Both the position numbers and the translations under genes were made by a program. A DNA stretch of 64,000 nt, from the NCBI GenBank assembly GCA_028534125.1, contig CM052816.1, positions 83,082,001 to 83,146,000 on the forward strand, in the 5' to 3' direction. The stretch comes from Lama glama (lineage: Eukaryota). Of the stretch, positions 25,761 to 37,320 are shown one piece after another. The notes beneath the pieces are model-generated. The model did no database searches, was not told the DNA's origin, and saw only the letters and a program-made list of their open reading frames with translations. The stretch's first letter is position 1, and the number at the start of each line of letters is the position of its first letter.

Positions 25761-27910
25761 GTTTTGCCTTAATAGACTTCACATTCAACAGTTGAAAGAC
25801 AAACTTGACTAAGTCAATCCTTTATTTAAATACTCTCAATGACTCTATGTTTTTATAGAATTAAGCCAACCAAATACATGTTTTCCATTGTTAGGCACAC
25901 TCTCTCTTCAACATCATAATGTTTTTCTTCCCTCTGGAAATGTATACTCTGATAAAATGAAATTTCTCAGAGTTCCCCATATACAAGAAGTGCATTCCCT
26001 TTTCTGAGCCTCTTTCTTATTGATACTCTGACACCTGCTTCCCACCTTACTTGCCTGAATAAATTTGATGTATCTGTAGAGCCTGAGTACTCAAGTACTT
26101 CTTAAAGCCTTTCCCAGACCTCTAGGGTGGCTGCTTATCATGGTCCATAATACCTCTTTTATTATCTAAATAATGATACAATTATTTTTAAATACTCAGT
26201 ATTTTTTAACTGAATTTAATTTTGCATTTCTATCCCCCAAATAAATTCAGATTTACCTTGCTTTTTTATTCTTAATTGCAGACCATGCTATTAACCTTAA
26301 TTATGCATTATAGAATTAAATCCTTCCTCATCCACACTTTCATAATACACATCTATTAGTATCAAAAAAGTAATTAAGTTTAATTTATTGGGAAGTACAT
26401 GTTTATTTTTTAAATAAATTTTCTGAATGCCATTCTGGCTTGATCTTCTTGAGAAAGATGTTATAGAATGATATTTTAAAGTTTTATTCCATAGCCATAG
26501 TACTGTCCAGAACTATTCAGAAGGATGGAACACGTGTACAATGTGAAAGAAACAGTTTTTACAATGGCTTGGTAGAAGTTTATGCATGTAAGTCTAGAGT
26601 TGAAGAAAAGCTGAAAGCTCACTAATTTATTTAAGCATATCTTCTGTCTCTCCAGATTAATCATCTGTTTCTAGAAGAACATCAGTATGCCTCATGGCTT
26701 TCTACTTTTCCAGCATTTCCTAGTACATATAATAGATAATTTATACATGTCAGCTAATGACAATATTGATGGGTTCTGTGGGTCAATAAACCATAGAGGG
26801 GTAAATAGCACAAGGCAGGATGGCCAGTTAAAACTGTTCAAGGAAATGATGAGGAAAACACAGATTTGAGGCTCTTAGAATTAATTAGCTACTACTGCTC
26901 GTGTGACTTGGACAGCTCTGTCTGTTTGTTCAGGGTGCATAGTGTACAGCACTGTACCTAGGCTCTAATAGATGCTAACTATATATTTTACCTTTCTCAT
27001 CCTACTTCACCTGGGTCCCCACATAGTTGAGGTAAAATTATGATAAATATATTTATCTCACAGAGGCCTTTATATTTTGTTGACTTTAAAGTATTTTATG
27101 AAATCTATAGAAATGTTATAAAATATATCTTATTATTACATCTTTGTATTCTCAGTTGCATAGTTATTAAATATTCATGTATTGAATAGTTTTTATAATT
27201 TGATTGGAAAATAATCAATTTAGAAATTTGGCTATGTTTATCAGATAAATACTAATATCCATTCATAAAATATTGCTAAATTGAAGATTGTATTAATAAA
27301 ATTAGTACAGCATTGCAGGCTTGAAGCATTTTGGCTTTAAAATTAGGCAATAATTAGACATGAAGCATTATTAAATAAAGATAAGACATTTATTATAATT
27401 TAGGAATTCAGATTTCTTATTTTGGATATTATTGGAGTGAGAAGAAGGCAAAAAACTACTAAAACTTACATAATGTAAATTAAATGGTTACATATATTTA
27501 ACTTCATATGTACTCAAGTGTACCACTTATGTTAAATATTACTAAATGTCAAGCTTAATTATAAAATGGAAGAAATTTTTAATTATTAATCAATATAATT
27601 TAAGAGGCTTTTGAGAATTTGAGAATCTCTCAAATCTTACTTAAATTAACTTCATTCCAGTTGTCTATTCAGCCAGTTGTCTTAGATTTCAAGAAAATAT
27701 ATTTACTACTAACATTTTCAATAATCTTTTTAAAGTCAACAAATGCTTCAGTAAACATATCAGAAAGACTCCCTAACAGGAATATCATATAGAGGAGAGA
27801 TTGTTCTGTCCTAAAATTTTTATGTAATATATTTTACAGAGACTTATTCTAAAATTTAATATCAGTTAGCTCAATAATGCATGCATAGAAGAAAAATCTA
27901 AGCAACTACA

Positions 27911-28495
27911 TGTATTAGTTATCTCTTGCTGTGTAACAAATTACCACAAACTTAGTGTCTTGAAATAAGACAGTAATTATCTCAGTTTCTGGAGTCCAGG
28001 AGTCTTGGCATGGCTTAGCTAAGCCCTCTGTAAGGCTGTGATCAAGGTTTTGCCAAGTCAAGGCTCTCGTGGGGAGACTTCAACAGTGAAGAGTCTGCTT
28101 CCTTCTTACTCAGGTTATTGGCAGAATTTATTTCCTTGCTTCTCTAGGACTGAGGCCTAAGCTTCTTGCAGGCTATTGCCTAAAAACCACAGTCACCTCC
28201 CTATGGCTGCCTTCCATTGCTACAGGTTACTAGCCATTTTTTGCCATTTGAACTTCCCCATCATGGCTCTTGACTTCATCAGTTCAGCAAGGAGAGATTT
28301 TTCGATTAAGCCTGCTGGCAAGGTACCACTTTGTATAGTGTAACACAATCATGGGCTTGATCTCTCATCACAGTTATATTCCATTAATAAGAAGAAAATC
28401 ACAGGTCCTACCCACACTCAAGGGATGACTATACAAGAAAAAAATGAATACTGGGAGAGTAAACTAAGGGGGCCAACCTAGAATCTTTCCACTGA
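27911..28495 (-). mobile_element. MLT1E/F-like MaLR solo LTR
   Basis: tgtattagttatctcttgctgtgtaacaaattaccacaaacttagtg..ttggcagaatttatttccttg..cacaggtcctacccacactcaaggga. Confidence 0.85.
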
Positions 28496-29061
28496 ACTAT
28501 GGAAACAATAAAAATAATTACTTTTTAGGTCAAATTTCAGGCCAGGAACAATGAATTGTAAACAACTCTAGACATTCAATTCTCTGAGCAATTTATCCTT
28601 CCTAACACTTTCCTAGTGAAGGTTTTGGAATGCCATCGTTTAGCCATAAATAGTCATTGAAGGAATGAATAAATGATGGGCCGCATGTTTAGTCTAACAC
28701 ATCACTGCAGTACATTACCTTTCTCCATAAACAATAAAAAATTAACGAGTAAGGGAGAATATAAGCTTAAGGTCTTTTCTTTTCTTTCCTTTCCTTTTTT
28801 GTGACAAAATTTCTCCATTTACTTTTTAAAAAATTAAGGTATCGTCAAATGTATTTTATGTGAATGTGCATCTAATACAGTTTTTTTCCCCATACACTCA
28901 TCAACGCTATATATAATTAAGATTTTTAAAATATTTTCCTAATGTAAATTCAAATGGGTTATTAATGAAAGGCAGGGATATTTCAAAATTAGGAATGCAG
29001 TTTCCATTAAACCATTATAAATAATGTTCTAATGAAAAATAATTACAAATAACACAAATGG

Positions 29062-29090
29062 TATTAATTGCATATATGCTGGTGTTCAGA
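29062..29090. repeat. 29-bp dispersed direct repeat, copy 1
   Basis: tattaattgcatatatgctggtgttcaga, identical to 32069-32097. Confidence 0.95.
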
Positions 29091-30510
29091 GCAACACATT
29101 TTAAGATGTAAGATGTAATTACTTACCAGCCAAAGAATAAAATGTTGTGGTGCAGATGTAATTAATACAGAATTTCTATCTTCCAGCTGTGCCAGATTTT
29201 TATCTTCAGATGTATTAGATGTATGCACAGCAATTGCATAGCCCAGGGCCAGGCCAATAACTCCCTTACCACATGTTGCTGCGAAAATTCATTGCAAGAA
29301 ACCAAAAATAGAACATTTTTGTTGCTACTTGTGGTCTTTGGTAAAGACCAAGTTGCATTTAGTATCTCTGAGGTACAAGGAGCAACATTGGGAAGACCAT
29401 GTTAGGGAAGAATTGAAAAGAACTTTTTTAGTGTCGTAAGCTATGTGAATGTAGAGCTTTGACTTGTCCGTGTAAAATTGGGAGCTTTGAGAATATCCTG
29501 ATTTCAAATCTGTGACATTCTTGTAAATAGATGATTCTTGCTTAATTTAGTGAATTACTCTATATAAATAAAGATTGAATATTTTGCAACAAATTTGTGT
29601 AAAAGCATAATTTTAAACATAATTTATTGTTTTTAATTTTAAGAAATCAATAGTAACATTATGCTGTTGCTTTGAGAAATGTTAGGAAAATATGCACTGT
29701 TGGAATTATTGGATTGTTAACTCCTATAGCCTCTTCCTGGCTCTCGTTTTTCTCCTCACAAAATATTTTTTAACCTTCAGACATTTATGATTATTTCAGA
29801 ATCTAAAAAAATAGTTATTTAGTTATTGTTTGTTTTAGATATTAATCAAGTTTTTAAGGTTTATGAATCTGAATAAAAATAACAAGTTCAATACATTTTA
29901 TATGTAATTGATGCAAGTAAAATTATTCAAAATATCACTTTAAATTCAAAATAGATATTAGCTAACCACTAACATGTGTTTGGAAACTTGTTCAACAGAA
30001 CTTTAAATGTTTCACTTCTATTCAGTTCTTCACTTCTAGTACTGTTCAGTGTTTCTTGACAGACCACATAAATTCCAGCTTATTAAACTTTTTTCTATTA
30101 CAAAATTCTGAAAATTTGTCAATCTGTTATTTTGGTATATACATGAGTAGCATTATACCAAGAATCTGGCAGAATCAAGTGTCTGGAAATCATTTAATAT
30201 TTCAGATTTTGACTCCTCTTATGCCAAATACATTCTTTTAAATATGTGTAAAGTTTTTGTCACTTTCTCATTAAGTATTTCTGCAGTTGCATTAAAGCTT
30301 TTGCCCAGGATAGTGATGCTGTCATAGGCCTGACAACACATTTTCTTCAAATAATGATGACTGTACTGAAGTTTGGGGATTTCTTTTAACTGTTTGTATT
30401 ATACTTACCATCTTCAGTATCAGTTGAAAACCAAGAAACATTTTGGGTGGACTCTCTGGGTATCATATCACATTGAGAGACATTACTTAAATATATGGAC
30501 ACAGTTATCA

Positions 30511-30874
30511 TGCTGTGCAATGCATCTTTATATCCCAACAAAACTTGTATCTTGAAATCCTAACCCCGAGAGGTGACGGTATTAGGAGGTGGGGCCTTTG
30601 GGAGGGGATTAGTCATGAGGGTGAAACTCTCATGAATGGGATTAGTGCCTTTATAAAAGAGACCCCAGGGGGCTCTTTCCCCCTTCCCACCGCAAGAGGT
30701 TGTGAGGAGAAACGGGCTGTCTCCAGTCTGGATGAGAGTTCTCACCATAACTCAACTATGCTGGCACCCTGATCTTGGATTTCCAGCCTCCAGACCTGTT
30801 AGAAATAAATGTTTGTTGTTTAAACCACCTAGTCTATGGTAAATGTGTTATAGCATTTTGAACTGATGAAGACA
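30511..30874 (+). mobile_element. MLT1A/A0 MaLR solo LTR
   Basis: ggtattaggaggtggggcctttggga, catgaatgggattagtgcctttataaaagagacccca and tgatcttggatttccagcctccaga. Confidence 0.9.
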
Positions 30875-30896
30875 TGGGATAATCTGAGTAATTATT

Positions 30897-31930
30897 ATTT
30901 TTTTAATTGAAGGATAGTCAGTTTACAATGTTGTGTCAGTTTTTGGTGCACAGCATGATAATTCAGTCATATATATACATACATATATTGTTTTTCATAT
31001 TCTTTTTCATTATAGATTACTACAAGATTTTGAATGCAGTTCCATGTGCTATACAGTATAAACTTGTTGTTTAACTATTTTATATGTAGTATATTTTATT
31101 TATAGTAGTATCTGCAAATCTTGAACTCCTAATTTATCCCTTCCCACTCCCTTCCCCCTCCAGTAACCATAAGTTTGTTTTCTATGTCCATGAATCTCTT
31201 TCTGTTTTGTAAATAAGTTCACTTATCTTTTTTTTTTTTTTAAGATTTCACATATAAGTGATATCTTATGGTATTTTTCTTTCTTTTTGGCTTACTTCAC
31301 TTAGAATGACAATCTCCAGGTCCATCCATATTGCAGGAAATGGCATTACTTTATTATTTTTATGGCTTAGTAGTATTCCATTGTATAAATATACCACTAC
31401 TTCTTTATCCAGTCATCTGTTGATGGACATTTAGGTTGTTTCCATGTCTTGGCTATCGTAAATAGTGCTGCTGTGAACACTGGAGTGCATGTATCTTTTT
31501 GAATTAAAGTTCCCTCTAGATATATGCCCAGGAGTAGGACTGCTGGATCATAAGTTACGTCTGTTTTTAGTGTGTTGAGGAATCTCCATAGTGTTTTCCA
31601 TAAAATATGCACCAAACTACATTCCTACCAACAGTGTAGGAGGGTTCCCTTTTCTCCACACCCTCTCCAGCAATTATCGTCTGTGGACCTTTGAATGATG
31701 GCCGTTCTGACTGGTGTGAGGTGATACTTCATTGTAGTATTGATTTGCATTTCTCTGATAATTAGCAATATTGAGCATCTCTTCATGTGCCTTTTGGCCA
31801 ATTGTATGTCTTCATTGGAGAATTGCTTGTTTTGGTCTTCTGCCCATTTTTGGATTGGGTTGTTTGTTTTTCTATTATTAAGTTGTGTGATCTGTTTATA
31901 TATTCTGGAAATTAAGTCCTTGTCAGTCTT
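30897..31930 (-). mobile_element. Young 5'-truncated LINE-1 (cetartiodactyl/camelid-type) with 12-bp TSD
   Basis: TSD tgagtaattatt at 30885-30896 and 31931-31942; ORF2 C-terminus in ORFs 31397-31615 and 31625-31987(-) ([30 protein letters not shown]). Confidence 0.95.
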
Positions 31931-32068
31931 TGAGTAATTATTGATTCCAGTTATGATATCTTTTGACATTTGGATCTCCTTTTGCAAAGGATTTTATTTT
32001 AAAAATGGATTTCTTGTGAATGATTCATTTCAAAACTCAACTCCTATTTTCAAAACTATACCATATCA

Positions 32069-32136
32069 TATTAATTGCATATATGCTGGTGTTCAGATAT
32101 CATCAAATATTAAGATAATATCATCAAATATTAAGA
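32069..32136. repeat. 29-bp dispersed repeat copy 2, followed by a 19-bp tandem duplication (period 21)
   Basis: 32069-32097 is identical to 29062-29090; atatcatcaaatattaaga occurs at 32097-32115 and 32118-32136. Confidence 0.95.
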
Positions 32137-32344
32137 CTAACACATACTTTGAGATGTGTTGTGAAATTTTTGTTCTTTTTAAGTGACTGTTTTAAAATTT
32201 ATTTCATTATATTTGCTCAAAATTCAAGTGGTATGCATGATTTTGAATAGAAATTTTAGCTGTACTTACTGATGAGAGATTTACCTGGATAACTTAACTA
32301 TTTGTGATACAATTCATTCTGAATCATTGTTACCAATTATACTT

Positions 32345-32758
32345 GTTTCTCAGACATATACTCCAAATTTGGGATCTTTGCGCTGGTTGCCCTTCCTCCT
32401 GAAATGTTTTCCTCCATGTATCTGTCAGGCAAAGTCTTTTACCTCCTTCAAGCCTTTGCTCAAATATCACTTTCACAAGAAAGGCCTATATAAAATTGCT
32501 CACTGTACCTTTTCCATCTTTGACCAAGCCTGGCACTCCCAATTCACCTTACTTGGAAATATGAATTTATTTTTACCATTAGTGTTATCATCAGTTATCG
32601 TAACATGTAAGTTATTTACTTAGTACCTGTATTGTTTAATGTCTCCATACTCCACAAGGCAGGAATAATTTATCTTGTTTAGTGCTGTGTCTCATGCTTC
32701 TAGAATAGGTCCCAGCATGTAGTAGGGGATTAATATGTGTAAGTAAATGAATGAATCA
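32345..32758 (+). mobile_element. LINE-2 3' end
   Basis: acctccttcaagcctttgctcaaatatcac..tagaataggtcccagcatgtagtagg..tgaatgaat tail. Confidence 0.75.
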
Positions 32759-32797
32759 ATTTAAGAATAAATGAAGGAATTACTGAAACCCTAGACT

Positions 32798-33213
32798 TGT
32801 TACTGAACCGAACCAAATTTGGGTCCACTTGCCCATGCACAGTAAAGCCAATCTGCTGACATCGGGTTGTGGTAAAGGAAAGTGCAGCATTTATTGTCAA
32901 GACGCCCATACAAGAGGGATCAGGGCGGTTGCAGGGTATGTGATTATCTTGTACATAGTCCTCTGATTGGTTGATGGTGAGGTAACAGAGTGGTGTCACA
33001 GGGCTTAACACTCAATTCTTAGGCTCGAGGAGGCCTGGGGGCTGTGTGTTCATGTCCATCAAGTAAAGTCTTCCATTTGGGGGGGGGGGTTCACATCTGT
33101 GAAACAACTCAGGAAATGTGCATCAGATCCTGTTATCTGGGTACGTCTGAGAGGAGCTAAACCGAGGATATGGGGGAGGAGTCTGTTCCCAGAAAGGGTC
33201 CTGCTTGATTACA
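32798..33213 (-). mobile_element. ERV1-class solo LTR (lineage-specific)
   Basis: TGT...ACA ends; 4-bp TSD gact (32794-97, 33214-17); tttatt (antisense polyA) and ctgattggtt (antisense CCAAT). Confidence 0.85.
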
Positions 33214-33975
33214 GACTCTCTAAGTGGCACATTGGAAATTTTTATTAAAGATGAAAATGTGTATTTATATTTTGATATACTTTTGAAATAATCAAAGTTA
33301 ACAGAAAAAAGAAAAACATATGTGAACCATATGGACCACAGAACAATTTTGGAGAGCTGAAAGGAAAATAAATACCAACAAGAATAATTTCTTTCTGTTA
33401 ACAGGCGGAATGGAAACACAAATGTAGAGAGTGTAAATGAAGTATTCTGTCGCTTTATGCCACTGTATATAATTTAGTTTCTACATTAAAAAAAGATCAC
33501 ATTATTGCTGTTACCCTTACGAAATAGAACTGTGAATTATATTTCAGAATTTACATACCTGATTTTTAAAATTTTAAGTTTTGTGAACCTTTCAGTTGCA
33601 AACTTCCGTGATGTTCAGTAGATAACACACATCCTTCTTTACTTTCTCTAGAGGTTGTGTTTATACAAGAGGCCAACTTTCTAATTAAGATATTTCCCAA
33701 AGTGAAAACACCTGGGCGTATCGAAAGTCTTTCCAAAAGTCAATAATCAATTTGAGGTGAAATTAGCCTTGAAAAACCCTTAATTTGGTACCATATTCAA
33801 GAAATACTTTCAGCCTCATAGTAAGTCCAGCCCAGCCCATTTTTTTCTTGAGTGCAGAGAGAGATCAGTACTCCCTCAGCTGAATATCAAGTGAAGTATT
33901 TGGAATTTTGGAGTCTAGTTTCGTACAAAATCGTAATAAAATACCTTTACACAATATGACCATATTCAGATTGGT

Positions 33976-33993
33976 GAAACGAAAGTGAAAACT
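33976..33993 (+). promoter_or_regulatory. Tandem IRF-E/ISRE motif (GAAACGAAAGTGAAAACT)
   Basis: Three GAAA cores at IRF spacing, about 150 bp upstream of a TATA box, in non-repeat DNA. Confidence 0.65.
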
Positions 33994-34140
33994 GAGGGGA
34001 AAGACAGTCCTGTTTTCTATCTCAAGAGATCTCACAAGTGTCTGTTCATTGAGTGGAAGTACAGATGGAAATGGACACACTTTGAAGAGCCTTTCTCTGT
34101 TTCTCTCTGTGTCTCTTTCCCCTCTGCCTCCAGCCCTTAG

Positions 34141-34147
34141 TATAAAG
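34141..34147 (+). promoter_or_regulatory. TATA box of candidate Pol II promoter
   Basis: TATAAAG in a locally GC-richer segment, after a CT tract and about 160 bp before a consensus 5' splice site. Confidence 0.55.
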
Positions 34148-34169
34148 ACTGCAGCACTGAGGTCCCTAT

Positions 34170-34303
34170 TAAGGCAGGAGAAGCTTGATTCTCTCCACCC
34201 CCCAGAGAAGTGTGTGTGGGGTGGGGGTTGTTTCTGAAGGTGCTGATTTCCTGCAGCTCTCCCCTTCATAACAGGCCGTGCAGTCAACCTCTCACGGTTT
34301 CAG
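34170..34303 (+). other. Candidate non-coding first exon of an unidentified gene or lncRNA
   Basis: Start inferred about 30 nt after the TATA; ends at CAG|GTAAGG donor (34301-34309); contains no ATG. Confidence 0.45.
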
Positions 34304-34437
34304 GTAAGGCCCTGCACCTATTGTCCTCTGGGGACAGTGGTATTTTGTAAAAGGGCTGGGGAATAAAGAAATGCTTGACAACACACAGTTAAAACTTCAG
34401 CATTAACAGTGTTTATTCTCTCATAAACACTGGTGGC

Positions 34438-34797
34438 TGTAATGGACTGAATGTTTGCATGCTCCCAAATTCATGTGTTGAAAACCCTAATCCCCAGTGT
34501 GATGGTATTAGGAAGTGAGTCTTTTGAAACTTCATTCGATCATAAGCGTGGATCCCTCATGATGCGATTAGGGTCGTTCTAAGAAGAGAGCTCAGTTCCC
34601 CTCAAACTACTCTCTGCCTTGTGAGGATACAAGAAGGCAGCCATCTGCTAACTAGGGAGCAGGCTCTCACCAGACAGCAGATCTGCCAGCATCTCTATCT
34701 TGGACTTCCCAGCCTCCAGAACTGGGACATATATTTTTGCTCTTTAAACCACTCAGTTTACGGTAATTTATCATAGCAGACCAATCTAACTACGACA
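34438..34797 (+). mobile_element. MLT1A/A0 MaLR solo LTR
   Basis: atggactgaatgtttg..cccaaattcatgtgttgaaa..tcttggacttcccagcctccagaact; near TSD gtggc/gtggg. Confidence 0.85.
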
Positions 34798-35085
34798 GTG
34801 GGCATATCAATCTTTACATTTGATTTAGCAGTGTCCTAGTATCTTTTAAAATGAAAAATATATCAATTCCTCTTTACTTTCCTGCCCAACTTTGGTGAAA
34901 AAAATCATAGGTCTAGGGTTCAATCCTTTGGAAGTGCTGGCATAACTGTACAACTCTGTATGTACAAGTTGTGTAGTGCAATATGATCCATAGAGTTAGA
35001 AAACATTTTAAAGTGAATGTGCATCACATTCACAGGACTAAAAAAATTGCACTATATTATATCATGGTGTACGATCAGGTCATGG

Positions 35086-35533
35086 TGTATGGGCAGGGCA
35101 CTCAAGGTGGCTTCTCTCTTGCTCCCTGTACATCCCCTGCTCATTCAACCAGTGCCTGCTTCAGCTACACCTACTCGCATGACTGATCTTCCTACATACT
35201 TGCTCCAGGCCCCAGCTAGTGAGTGTTCTTTTCAAAGGGGCAGTGAGGGGTGTGCCCCTCTCCTGGTTTCTCTGGTAACAAATGAGCCAACCTGACATCA
35301 ATTCCCCCTATAATTGCTAATCTCCCTCTGCCCCCAGGAGCAAAGACCACCGCCACATCCTGCTCTCAGTCCACTACACACAGCGGGGTGTCACTCGAGG
35401 ACCTTACTTCAGACCAGTTAGCTCCCTTCCTCCATTAAACCATTGATGTCTCTGTCACTGACTCTGAACTCTTTCTTTGGTCTTGACGCTGGGCGAGTAC
35501 ACGGCTTGTAGGCCTGTGGGGTGCAGCCCAACA
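35086..35533 (+). mobile_element. Solo LTR, copy 2 (same family as 21759-22201)
   Basis: TG...CA ends with perfect 5-bp TSD catgg (35081-85, 35534-38). Confidence 0.9.
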
Positions 35534-36009
35534 CATGGCATAACATGCCTTTTTAAAAATAGTGAGTTTCTCCTGAATTTACTGACTGGAAGAGGCTTCC
35601 TTGATGATTTAAATAACAAGAGTAAGTTGCAGTGAATTGTATATATAGTATTATATCTTCAGGTAAATCACAAACAAATAAGCAAAGTCCAAAACTTAAA
35701 TAATTTTATAACTCTGAAGATGTATTTAAAAGGAAATATATTGAGCTAGTAACACTGTTTATAGAAAGGAGGTGAGAAAGGGCAAATACAGATGGAGAAA
35801 GAGGTTAGATTATAACAAAAAAAATTGAAAGAGCTCAAAAATATACAGCTATACAGGTGCTGTTTAAGTTGCAAAATTTTAAAAATTTATATACACATGT
35901 CTTTATATACATATGAACATAGCATGCCGTGTGAGGGTTAGATGACTTAATCTTGTTACTTTCAAACACGATATTTTTTCATTAACTAAAAACTGATGTG
36001 CATTTAAAA

Positions 36010-36095
36010 AAATTTTATTCATTTATTTATTTTCATTGAATTATAGTTCATTTACAATGTTGTGTTAATTTCTGGTGTACAGCATAGTGATTCAT
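36010..36095 (-). mobile_element. Very short young L1 3' terminus
   Basis: attgaattatagttcatttacaatgttgtgttaatttctggtgtacagcatagtgattca, same family as 30897 and 43027. Confidence 0.8.
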
Positions 36096-36349
36096 TTTTA
36101 ATTAACACAAGACTGCGCTGATGGAAAAAATAACTTTAACCATATTGTATGGTATAATCTTATTTACTTATGTGTATACGATGCATAATTTCTAAGTTTT
36201 CTATAGTTTTATTTTTAATTTATATATTAATTAAGTGAATAATGCAAATAGAACAGTGAAATATTATTTCACTAAAATATAAAAAAAGGAAATTTGGAAA
36301 ATCTCTAAAAATTGAGAGAAATTCTTTTGGGGGTAGCAGTGATTTGATG

Positions 36350-36826
36350 TTAAAAGGAACCAGCGTGCTATATTTAGTAAAAACGTGATTCAGTTTCAGA
36401 CAATGACACCTGACCCTCCCTGCATCCATTCTAGTTTTTATATGCCAGTTGGAAGTGGTTCATCATGGAATTTACATGTAAGTGTATGGTTATTGAATCA
36501 TTCTGCGCTAGGTTTCAGTTGCCAGGTGAATCTAAGTTGAATTGTGTTTGTGTTGTGGATGAAATGTGCTGTTGTCAAGCCTTCTAACTAGAGAGCGAAT
36601 TACTGTTTGTCTTAGGAAGATGTATGTAGTGAGTTGTATCCGCTTGTCCATATAAGAAGGTAAACTTTATTTCTGCCTTTTCAATATCTTACCAGATCGC
36701 CTTCGATGTGCAGCACAGTCTAGTTTAGTGCTTATTCAATAATAAAAGTATTTTATTCTTAAACTACCTTTGTTAGACAATTTCTGGAGTTAGAGAAAGA
36801 TTTTTTACATTATATTTTCCCCACAC
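36350..36826 (+). mobile_element. MER110-like old ERV1 LTR
   Basis: tgcttattcaataataaaa..ctacctttg..agatttttt..attatattttccccaca 3' end; 5' boundary uncertain. Confidence 0.45.
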
Positions 36827-37253
36827 TTTGCCTTAACAAAAAAGACAGAGGAAACTAGGCAGCCTTCCTGCTGTTCTGAGCTCCATGCACAGAGATGGCT
36901 GAGCTGATGTGCCAATAGAAAGGCAGAAAATAGTCTGAGCTCTTATTGAAGGCCTGGAGAGTGGGTAAGAATACTAAGGTCATTATATCATCATATGACA
37001 ATTATAAAACTGAGTCGATTCCCAGACAAAATGGGCAAAGGCAGAACTCTCAAGTTAAAACCTGTGACATGGCTTTCCTAAGAGAAGCCAGCCCCATGTG
37101 CACAGTTACTAATGGTAGTAAGTTAGCACATCTTTGTGAGAAGAAGCAAGTTTAACATTTGAGAAATCTGTGCCCAGGCTAGACCATAGAAGTGACTTTA
37201 CCTCTGCTGTGGATAATATACAATTCTCTCAATTGAAACCACTAAATTGCCAT

Positions 37254-37320
37254 ATAGATAGATAAGATAGGTAGATAGATAGATAGATACAGACGTATAT
37301 AGATATCTATCTATCTATCT
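37254..37320. repeat. (GATA)n followed by (TATC)n microsatellite forming an inverted repeat
   Basis: 17-bp arms 37273-37289 and 37304-37320 are exact reverse complements. Confidence 0.9.

Noticed and set aside
29118..30410. Minus-strand splice donors (acttacc at ~29121 and ~30403) suggesting an antisense transcript
   Set aside because: No convincing paired acceptors or open frames
33865..34287. 140-aa minus-strand ORF over the promoter region
   Set aside because: No recognisable domain; partly encoded by a CT/GA tract; better explained as the antisense of a regulatory region
35013..35033. 9-bp hairpin gtgaatgtg-cat-cacattcac
   Set aside because: Too short to exceed chance; possibly a DNA-transposon remnant
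21759..35533. Full-length provirus bounded by two LTRs
   Set aside because: Each LTR has its own TSD, and the interval holds older unrelated repeats with no gag, pol or env
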